NCBI GenBank assembly: GCA_049999805.1
Contig: JBNGIO010006237.1
Location: forward strand, 42,852-106,851
Origin: Folioceros fuciformis
Taxonomy: Eukaryota
DNA: 64,000 bases
Reading direction: 5' to 3'
In this document: in pieces, positions 12,170 through 21,455 of the stretch
How the letters are laid out: every line of letters starts with the position of its first letter
How positions within the stretch are numbered: position 1 is the stretch's first letter
Notes under the pieces: model-generated
The model's database searches: none
What the model was told of the DNA's origin: nothing
What the model saw: only the letters and a program-made list of their open reading frames with translations
Translations under genes and position numbers: made by a program

Positions 12170-13222
12170 TATGGAATACTGATACGGACAGGAGTTCTTT
12201 CATAGATATTTAAGGGCGGCGGTATACGGTGCAAAGATATGGGACATAGGGTTTGTGCTCGTTTCGGTCATAGAGCAGAAAGTAGGTGTCCCGATTGGGG
12301 CACCTACTTTCTTCCCTTCATCACACTCACACTCACTTTTTTTTTGTAAGTTAGTTAGGACACCGATGACGAAGAGGGCACACCCATAACCGATGAGGTC
12401 GATTGCGGCAAGTCACTGGACGGCACGGAGGGGCGAGTTTTGGAGACAGTTTTTGACATCGCTAACGACTGCCCATCCTCCCCAGACCTTGGCAGTGGCA
12501 TCTCGCACTCTCCAGTGGCCTTCGACCCTGAGCTGTGGCCAGGCCCCGTGCAGCGCAGCACATCGCTCTTTCCACCGGTGTTGCTGCTGCACTCGGTGGC
12601 CCAGATGTTCCCACAAGGGAAGTGGCTAGGTCTGATGGGCGCACTCCCCCGGCGCCGCACCGCGATCCTCACACTCGACGTGTCCGCCATGCATGTAAGT
12701 AGCCAACGGAGGGAACAAGAAGAGGCGCTTCTCACAACGTGGTAGTCAACCTTCCTGGCCGTGGAGGAGTTGTGCAGCATCATGCTAGATGCAATGAAGG
12801 GGAAGAGCAAGGCAGGGACAAGCCACAGCGGTGGCCGAACCGCAGCAAACACTGCACTCTTCTTTGAGATCCTTGGTAGCTTGCTAGAACGTGCTGCAAT
12901 AACGAACGAAGGGGATGCGGACACCGGAGCTGATGCCCTCACCAAACTCCAATACACCAAGCTCAGAAACTTCACACACTTTATCTCATTGGACAGAGTG
13001 TGTTAAGTTCTATAATTCTTTAAAGACTGTGTCCCTTTCGGGACTGAAAGTGGTTAGAGATATTTAAAACAATTTGGTATATGGTATGTACGTAGGGTTG
13101 GATAATGTGGCAAGGTATAGTATAGGAATATTCTTGAGACGCCATAGAATATTCACGTATAAAATATGTATTCCAAAAAACAAACATGACTCTGTAGTCC
13201 TTGGCCGCATCGGTATTCCATA
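12170..13222 (+). mobile_element. Non-autonomous TIR DNA transposon copy E1, nested inside E2
   Basis: Termini TATGGAATAC / GTATTCCATA; TSD GTCCCG (12164-12169) / GTCCTG (13223-13228). Removing E1 restores the family right-end motif CCACTTT..GTCCCGAAAGGGACAC of E2. Confidence 0.85.
12359..13006 (+). pseudogene. Cargo of E1: ~215-codon reading frame with one internal stop, unknown product
   Basis: ORFs 12440..12745 and 12761..13006 are in the same frame, separated by a single TAG; GC-rich between AT-rich element ends. Confidence 0.5.
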
Positions 13223-13299
13223 GTCCTGAAAGGGACACAACAATTTTCTTAAGTTTCTGGCATAGCATCTTGGAATGGGGCGGCCTATTGCGAGCCGGA

Positions 13300-13640
13300 G
13301 CGATGGGGGCAGGGCGGAAGTGGTGGGCTTAGAGCTGGTGGCGTTGATCGACCATGTGGCGCGAGTGGGCATGCCAATTCTAGAGGCGGTGCTCGAGGAG
13401 GATGGGGGCAGCCTGCGCATGAGTCGGGAGGAGTTGGAGCTCATCATGGAGGGTGTGAAGGGCCAGGGAGAGTAGACGATGCGCATGCTTGCGGGTGGGA
13501 GCGTAGCCAACACGATCAGGGGCTGGCGGGGCTCGGGGTGCGCTGTGGGTTGGTGGGCGCCAGAGGGGACGATGCTTGCGGGGATATGTTCGCGGCCGCC
13601 ATGACCGTGTGTAAGGTCGGGCTGAAGAATCTAGGAGGGT
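13300..13640 (+). pseudogene. Captured fragment of a plant pfkB-family carbohydrate kinase gene
   Basis: VALIDHVARV...GGSLRMSREELELI...MLAGGSVANTIRG / LGVRCGLVGARGDDACGDMFAAAM, the pfkB signature 1 region. Stop at 13473-13475 and a 1-nt frameshift near 13520. Confidence 0.8.
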
Positions 13641-13823
13641 GCCACTCCCCTGCTCACTGCTCACTTGGCCTACACCTTTCGGTCATAGGGAACAAAGTAG
13701 GTGTCACGATCTTTGTGCCCTATGACTGAAAGGGGCACAAACTCTATGTCCCTTATCTTTGCACCGTATACCGCCGCCCTTAAATATCTATGAAAGAACC
13801 CTTGTTCGTATTGATATTCCATA

Positions 13824-13947
13824 TGAGGGTAGGGCTGTGATACGTTTTGTTTTTAGGGTTTGAGAGAAGGGCTGTGACACGTTTTGTTTTTAGGGTTTGA
13901 GAGAAGGGCTGCGACAAGTTTCATTTTTAGGGTTTGAGGGTAGGGCT
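13824..13947. repeat. 37-bp minisatellite containing TTTTAGGGTTT (telomere/telobox-like)
   Basis: GGGCTGTGACACGTTTTGTTTTTAGGGTTTGAGAGAA x~3; a related unit lies left of E2 at ~11960-11993. Confidence 0.8.
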
Positions 13948-14144
13948 TCCTAGATCGTTCCACAATGGGCCACAATATTGACTGTGTTAAAGTCTTGTAC
14001 TAAAGAAATAAGGCTTGTGACATAGAACTTTAGAAGACATGTAAAAACGGTAGATGCATAGGCATATTTTTGTATAATACATAATCGAGAAAAAGATAAT
14101 GGACGTGGAGGTTGTCTCTACCGTATTCCATAGATATGAATCTT

Positions 14145-14922
14145 TATGGAATACCGATGCAGACAGGGGTTCTTTCATAGAAATATTAGGGTGGCGGTAT
14201 GCAGTGCAAAGATGAAGGACATAACCTTTGTGCTCGCTTCGGCCATAGGGCACAAAGTAGGTGTCCCGATCAGGACACCACTTTGTGGGGCGAGCCCTGC
14301 AATAGTAGCTGGCCAGCCGTTCCACTTGCGGAGCCCGACTGCTGCATCCAGCTCGGGCCCGGCATGCTCATCGCCGCAGATCCGATTCCGCACTTGCCGC
14401 TCACCGTCCATCCCGCATCTAGCTTGGGTCCGGCATGCCCGGTGCCGCGGATTCGATTCCGCACCCGCCATTCACTGTCCATCCCATACCACATCCATGG
14501 GACGAAGGCGGACCACATCCATAGGACAAAGGCACACCCACCATCAGAATGCTGGGGTGCCGAGGCGAGCTGCGCTGCTCGGGATGATTCTTTAAAGACC
14601 GTGTCCCTTTCGAGGTGAGCTGCGCTGCTCGAGACGATTCTTTAAAGACCGTGTCCCTTTCGAGGTGAGCTGCGCTGCTCGGGCCGATTCTTTAAAGACC
14701 GTGTCCCTGTCGAGGTGAGCTGCGCTGCTCGGGACGATTCTTTAAAGACCGTGTCCCTGTCGAGGTGAGCTGTGCTACTTGGGACGATTATTTAGCCAAT
14801 TAGATGCCACAAAATATTGCGCTGCTCAGGACGATTATTTAGCCTAATAAAGGAATATTCCTTAGATGCCACAAAATATTCATATATAAAATACGTATTC
14901 CAAAAAAAAAACATATTCGATA
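14145..14922 (+). mobile_element. Non-autonomous TIR DNA transposon copy E3 of the same family
   Basis: Left terminus TATGGAATAC (14145), right terminus ATATTCGATA (14922); TSD AATCTT at 14139-14144 and 14923-14928. Left ~140 bp and right ~70 bp are homologous to the E1 ends. Confidence 0.8.
14561..14790. repeat. 50-bp tandem repeat (~4.5 copies) inside E3
   Basis: CGAGGTGAGCTGCGCTGCTCGGGACGATTCTTTAAAGACCGTGTCCCTTT recurs at 14561, 14611, 14661, 14711 and partially at 14761. Confidence 0.92.
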
Positions 14923-15606
14923 AATCTTTGCTTTATAGATAGGAATTTATTTTATCCAATTTTATTTTTTTTATGAAGTTAAGTATTAAGAAATATAACT
15001 CTCCTTTGTTGCTATCACAGCATATTCTATCCATTTTATCCAATTTTATTCCTTTTTAATAAAGTTAAGTATTAAGATATTTAGCTCTCCTCTGCCTCAA
15101 TCCAAGAATATTAGCCAAACATATGCCTATACAGCCAGCATGTACGAACCCATTCGGCATTTTGGAGAAATTTTCCTAATTTCAACATGATCTATTACAA
15201 ATTTACAGAAATATATTATTTCGCAAAATATCAAGGTTGTTAACAGAAGGTGAACCTGCACCCGCTTCTAACACCAAACTCTAGAACATCTGCAAGTTAT
15301 TTGATAAGTTCCGAAAGTTATCTTGATGAGTTCTTTTAATTCAAGCTCTGATAAATTTTATGTCCGTCTCTGAAGAGAGATTCCTATGAACCAAAATATC
15401 TAAGCACTTGTGGACGAGTTACGTGATGAATATCCCGACCAGGTTGGAAGCTAGTCAATACCTACAGTAGGTGTACAAAGTTGAGGGACCACACGGCCGA
15501 TGACTCAGAGAGCCCATTGCTTCTCCGATCATCTCTGCCTCTCCGGTGGCAAGTGGATACCGATTTCGAAGTAGCCCGCATCTCCTTCAGCATTCATCGT
15601 TGCGCT

Positions 15607-17971
15607 TCAAATGTACCGCAGCAACCTGGGTAGAGTCAGAGCGCCTGGTCCAAATCCATCGATGGCCGCCCGGGCTGCCGGGTATTCTGCCCTGGCAGTC
15701 ACACTGGCCAAGAAGGCGCGGGGGAGCGTTAGTCGGACGGATCAACCCTATTCGCACAGTGACCAAGGCAAGGACACTTCTAGAAGGAAAAGCATAAAGC
15801 CATGGATCATTCCAGAAAACGCAGTCCGGAAGGACGTGCTCACCTGCTTCGCACAACAACGCAAGGCATGCCGATCTGTGCGGCAGCCTGTATCCCGACG
15901 TAGCTGCCAGAGAGCAAAATGCAGTTGTGAGGCTCCACGCCAGCAGCTTCTGCTCCTGCTCGTATTGCGGCCACAACCTTTTTTGACCTGCCACGCCACC
16001 ATCGAACATGTCATATCGAGAAGATTTCCAGGTTGAACTTGAAAGACACGCTATTGATGGAAGAAATAGAATGACTCCTTACACTTCGGTGAAACTTGAG
16101 TCAAGTTCGACGCTGAGCTTTAAGAGAGAAGCCACGTCTTCGGCCATCCGCTGCTTCTCTGCAACAACTGGTGGTGAAAGAAAAGGGTCGATCATTTCAG
16201 CTGAAGCTTGTGAAAGTTCGTTCCAGCATCACTTGTAATGCGTCAGACTGACATACCAGCTTTGGCTGCCTCCGCCGCTAACTGCTCGTCCGTGTCGTTC
16301 AAAATCCCCGACCCAAAAACAACTTTCCCATAGGCGCTGCTTTCCACTTCGGCTTCACCTACAACCTTAACCCTTTGGCTGCGCTCCTTGCCCAGCTTGT
16401 CCACGATAGAACTGTGTCAACAGCACAAAGAAACACATCTCTTCAGGCTCGTGTCTGGTTTCACAGCACATCAAGGGCTGGGAAAAAAACCATGCGACAA
16501 GGATGTGGCGAAGGGACCTGGCAATAGACTCTCCACATCTGCTGTATGCGGTGATAATGACTAATGGCAAGTCTGCTTGTAGCACTTCATCCACAAACCT
16601 GTAGAGCGCTTGAAGGATGCGATCAAGTTATGAACAAAGCGTCAAGACTGCACACCGAAACAACCAAGCACACACCAGTTGGCTTTCCAGCATCTGTCTG
16701 AAGCTCACTTGTCAATCCCTGGGCGTAAAGGAAGGGTTTCTGTTGTTGCAAGTTTCTTAAGTGCTTCTTTCTGCAAGAGCATGCAAGGGTGTGAGCACTG
16801 CTTCTTCAGGTAGTAATGTTCGTGGCAACGTTCGAATTAAGCAGGGAGGCTACCCCTCACCTTTGCTGCCACTAGTTTACCAGCGAATACATCTTTCTCC
16901 TCACTGGGTAAAGAAGATGGCCACCCTATCTGCGTTTTCAAAACCCCCACTTGTAAGATTGCAACGGAGAATTCGGGAAACGAACAGAGTGGGCACCAAC
17001 AAGTCACGTGTCTTACCTGATCGAAAAACAGATGCAGCATCTTCTCTTCCACTCCTCCACTGCGTCTGCAAGTATCACCCCGATAACAGTAACAATGAGC
17101 ACAAAGTCATTTAGATGAGAAAGCGGCGTTTGCTTCCAGTGTTCGAACCTCAAGAGGTCAAGGTAAACCGGCTCGCTCCAATTCGCACACTCCAGTCCTA
17201 ACTCCTGAAAACCTGCGACATTCCCACGAGCCGAAAGAATGAACAAGCCGAAGGTCGTGTATCTCGCCAGCAAATGTGGAAGGGGCACTGCTTCGTGAGG
17301 GCACTGTCACATGAGCAGTGCACAAACCATAGCGTGTTGCAGGAGCTTGAGACTTGTCCCACCTACATTGAAGGCAAGACGGTGCCCAAATCGATGAACA
17401 TCTGACAGGACCCTGTGACAAATGAACGCAAATGAGGTACGACCCAAAACGTGGCTCCTCTCATTCGATAAGGACCTCTACGTGGGACCATCACATCACG
17501 TCAGAGGAGATACAAGGCCCTATTGACTGAGCATCCTGTCATGAGATGGGGCCTAATTCTATGTCATCGCAACAGCAGCGCCATGGCAATTGCCAACCAG
17601 TGGCAGGATCTCATCAGTGGCGCATGATCCTAACCAATCAAACACATGCAAAAGCAACGAGACACGCACCCTTCCACCTCCATAAGCACAGCGTGGTCAG
17701 CAGTGGGATGGTTTCCATTCCGCGAAGCAAAAGCTCTTCCCGCGCTGCCAAACCCAGACGCTCCCCCTGCCTTGCTTCTTGAAAGCAACGAGGATTGCGA
17801 CCAGCGAGCATCCTCTGACCCACAGCTGGCGGCACAGACGCCGTCCCACGCCAGTGGGTGCGGCAATGTGGCCGCTACCACGCTACTGCTGCCCGCGACG
17901 AGCTTGGGTAGGCAATGCTGCTGCGATGGTGGGAGGGCAGCGAACAACGGGCGCATCGCCAGAGTCTCCAT
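15607..17971 (-). CDS. CbbY-like HAD-superfamily protein, plastid-targeted, multi-exon
   Basis: Spliced peptides: AVLMEVEG; AFQELGLECANWSEPVYLDLLR; IGWPSSLPSEEK; LPLRPGIDKFVDEVLQADLPLVIITAYSR; AEKQRMAEDVASLLKLSVELD; NCILLSGS...IGMPCVVVRS; TARAEYPAARAAIDGFG. These match the plant family recalled as Arabidopsis AT5G45170-like. Confidence 0.85.
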
Positions 17972-19449
17972 CCCGCCAACACAAATTGCCGCAGGTAGAG
18001 CACCCAGGCAGCGACAACCTGGACCTTGTCTCACCGACAAAGAGACAGCAACTCCATTATACATTTGTGGTGTAGCTCAATTCCACAACAGGATTCCAAA
18101 CTTGCTCATACAACACGCAATCGGGGGGAAGACAAAAGACATACATAAAACAGGCAGCAAGCACCACCACTAACAGAGCTGTAGCAACACCAAGGAAAGA
18201 CGACCGCTCAAGCTTTCGTCTATTTATCGTCCTCACCTTCATTCCATTATCCCGAGGTTGCATGTGACTCATGGCATCTGCATGACGCTTCACTTCATCG
18301 CGGCAGCATGATGGGGTAAGTAGAGAGAAGCCCAATGGTTTAGTATTTGCAAGAACCAGGGAGGCGAAGGAGCGAAGCGTGTTGGTGACGAGGGGGACCA
18401 TTCTTGAAATCACTGGGCAGATTAGCATCTCTACGGACGGGCCCATGAGGATGAAAGCGCATGCTAATCTTGGCATGTCCAAGCTCCGGCTCTGGACTTC
18501 CAGGGATGTTGTATGCCCATGGCTCTCATGAACTGTGTGGATTTTCCAACACCTGGCGTTCAAGCGCTGCTGGTGGGGACTTGGAAGAAGGTGCTCGCCA
18601 CTGCTGCACTTTGCCTCTCACCTACCTAGTCTAGGGAAGTGATGTCACCAGAATGATCCGCAGCTTTGGACCAAGAAACCGGGTGCATGCACCGGATTCT
18701 GCTGGTGGCGGGATTTGGGGATTCTTTTGCTCAAATTCGTCGTCGTCTCTCCACCACTTCTCTGATGCCAGCGATTTGAAGGGTGTGGGAGAGACCCTTG
18801 ATCGCTACTCGTTTCTTGAGATGCACTGAAGTTGACCCGCAAGAACAGCCAGGCAAGGCCAGTTCAGGAGATACTCCTTTTACCTTGCTCTGAGCAAATC
18901 GTTTTTCCCTCTAGATGTCTTGGGGGGGAAAAAAAAAAAATCTTCGAATAGCCCATCATGTGAGTATGCCACGCATTGCTTTCTCACATGCAGTGCACTG
19001 CAATTGGGTGTGATAGTCCAGAAATTTCAATACCACAAGTTGCTGCCTCTCATCTTAAGGGACACCAGCAATAATTCACACACACCCACAGTATATGGAT
19101 TTAGGGCCAAATAACATCGGCAAAGGCGATGGAAGCAACAAGGTGCCCCTTGCTGGACAAGGGCTGGACGGGCACGCTTACGACGTTCATCCATATTCGA
19201 AGTCTGGCAGTCTTGAATTTCCATCTGCTCGCAGTAGCTTTAGCTGTGCATCATACTACCAAGGGTGAGCAGATTTGCAATTTGAGTCAGCCAGGATTGC
19301 ACTGCATACGTGAAACTTTTGTTTAATCATCTTTGACAAGGAGTCTGCAAATTCGTGGTGTGCTTCAGCAGGGGTAGTCAGGGGTGCCGTAGATTTCGGT
19401 CTGTGCGAAGATCTGATGAGCTTTGCCACCACGTTGCCTTGCACCCGAC

Positions 19450-21114
19450 ATGGCTCCCAAGGCCAAACCGAAAGGCAAGGACAAGAATAAGAAGAAAGAC
19501 CCAATGGCACAAATGCAGGAAGAGATGGAAACAGTGAAGGCAGCCATGCTATCGAAGGAGCTCGAGATCTTCTGCCAAGTCGACAAGAACGAGAAATTGG
19601 AATTGAGATCCATGCACTTGTGCCAGACAGTTGAAACCATGAGTGAGGAAGCTAAGGCAGAGATAGACAAGCTGACGGAAGCCATATTCCATGTCACCCT
19701 GGAGAGAGATGTCCGAGAAAGCAAGCTTACGGCCTTAGACGCAGCCTTCAATGCGTTGAAGTTGGAAAACCAAACTGAGGTCTCGGCACTATTACAGCAG
19801 ATCCAGAAAATGAAAGATGGATATGAATTCAAAGTAGCTGACCTCCAGTTACAGCTGGACGACGCTCACGTTGAGCTACGAGACATGCACGATTTCTCCA
19901 TGAAGAGAGCTGCCATGGAAGCGGAGTTGGCCGGGCTCAGGGAACAGCTTGAGAAGGAACACAAACAACACCAAGAGGCGGTCAGTAATGCAGAGAGGAC
20001 AGCAGTTCAGGAGAAGGAGAGGCTCAAGAACGAGATGGCTCGGCGGATCCAAGAGACCATCGAGGAAATGGATAAGACTAATGACCAAAGACTGAGTGAG
20101 AAAACCAGGAAGGCAATGGCTCAGAACGACCATATGACCATGGAACTGGCATATCAGACAAGGCAAACAGAGCTGCTTCTGCACAAAAACGAGCTGCTGA
20201 CTAAAGAGAACGTCCAATTCCATCGAACTTGCCTCCTCCACAGGGAGATTGAGGAGGACCTGGGAAAGCGAATCCACATGTACCAAAAGACCATGCGTCT
20301 GCTGGTCTTCAAGCTACGGGCGATGCAGCATTCAGAAGAACAGCTCAAGCACGTGGTCTATGAGTCCGAACTGGAGAAGGAGAAGATGAGTCAGGACCTG
20401 GAAGCCCAGCACCGTGTGGCGGAAGGCCATGCTCAACCCGTCCGCAGGGACTCAAAGCTGAAAGAAATCATAGAGGAAAACTCTAAAAGAGCAGGCCACA
20501 TAGCAGAGGAAGCTGTGAAGTTCCTCTACGCTTGTCTCGAAGACAACGAGCTGGAAAGGCTCACCAGAGGTCACGACATTGGTGAGCAGAGCACCAGACC
20601 CAAGGCAGAAGATGTGACAGAGCTGCCCACAAACTTGAACAGCCTGGAGGATCTCACTACCTCACAAAGACGAGGAATTCTCATAGGCTTGTTGCGCACG
20701 GCCATCTCCTTGAGAGCTGTCACAATTCCTAGACTGTCCCAAGCTCCAGAAGGTGATCCAAGCTTGGCTGGAGAGAAGCCATTGAACCTCGGGGTCGAGC
20801 AAATACTGGCAATGGATGTGGACGCACTAGGATTGGACGACACCGTTCTCCTGGGCAGATCAAACAAACACCCGGTGTCAGTGGGAGTGCAAGTAGATGC
20901 TAAGGGCCTGCAACCTCGCCATGTCCGTATTCTCAAGTCCTACCATAGCCATGAAACCTCTTCAGAAGAAGGGACCCTGCATGCCCAGGAGCCCAAACCC
21001 ACCTTCGAATCAAGACGCGGTTCTCACCGGCCGCAGATTCATCACCATCACAGTTTGCATCACCACCACTCAGGCCATGTTCATCATCATGCCCATCACA
21101 ACCAACCGAGATAA
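19450..21114 (+). CDS. CFAP157: Cilia- and flagella-associated coiled-coil protein, CFAP157-like, single exon
   Basis: MAPKAKPKGKDK N-terminus, long coiled coil, EKERLKNEM...KTRKAMAQNDHMTMELAYQTRQTELLLHKN...EEDLGKRIHMYQKTMRLL, resembling recalled algal CFAP157. His-rich tail. Confidence 0.7.
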   Translation: MAPKAKPKGKDKNKKKDPMAQMQEEMETVKAAMLSKELEIFCQVDKNEKLELRSMHLCQTVETMSEEAKAEIDKLTEAIFHVTLERDVRESKLTALDAAFNALKLENQTEVSALLQQIQKMKDGYEFKVADLQLQLDDAHVELRDMHDFSMKRAAMEAELAGLREQLEKEHKQHQEAVSNAERTAVQEKERLKNEMARRIQETIEEMDKTNDQRLSEKTRKAMAQNDHMTMELAYQTRQTELLLHKNELLTKENVQFHRTCLLHREIEEDLGKRIHMYQKTMRLLVFKLRAMQHSEEQLKHVVYESELEKEKMSQDLEAQHRVAEGHAQPVRRDSKLKEIIEENSKRAGHIAEEAVKFLYACLEDNELERLTRGHDIGEQSTRPKAEDVTELPTNLNSLEDLTTSQRRGILIGLLRTAISLRAVTIPRLSQAPEGDPSLAGEKPLNLGVEQILAMDVDALGLDDTVLLGRSNKHPVSVGVQVDAKGLQPRHVRILKSYHSHETSSEEGTLHAQEPKPTFESRRGSHRPQIHHHHSLHHHHSGHVHHHAHHNQPR

Positions 21115-21455
21115 GGACCAGGCTAGGTAGGATGCTAGCCACCTAGGAGCATGGACTCTGGTGGAGTTTGAAACTCCCCAGCGCAGCCTAATGAAAGACA
21201 GCGTGGCCCGGTCCCAAGATCAAATCCCGAATCTTCACTCCCTACAGCAGGCCTTCAACAAATATTCCTACAGACTAACAGAAAACACGTGGAGTGAAGA
21301 AAGACACACAAGTCGTTTGTGTCATGGGTTGCCCGCATACACTTTGAGAGTCCCGTTGCAAGCGGCTCTATCTTTGCGGATCTCAAGAGGGGGCGACCAG
21401 CGGAGGTCCAACAGAAAGTGTCCGGATTCTGGCTATCAATTTGATGGTAAGCCCC

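Larger units (their letters stand above)
11994..13823 (-). mobile_element. Non-autonomous TIR DNA transposon copy E2 (outer, reverse orientation), carrying a pfkB fragment
   Basis: Termini TATGGAATAC (11994) and ATATTCCATA (13823); 6-bp TSD TGAGGG at 11988-11993 and 13824-13829. Subterminal regions are reverse complements of those of E1 and E3. Confidence 0.85.

Noticed and set aside
11994-13823. Reading the element cluster as MULEs with long TIRs or as TA-target MITEs
   Set aside because: The long inverted matches come from two same-family copies in opposite orientation. The true TIR is ~10 bp and includes the TA, with 6-bp duplications outside it.
14561-14790. CRISPR-like array (also 36590-37660)
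   Set aside because: Head-to-tail tandem units with no unique spacers, eukaryotic context and no cas genes.
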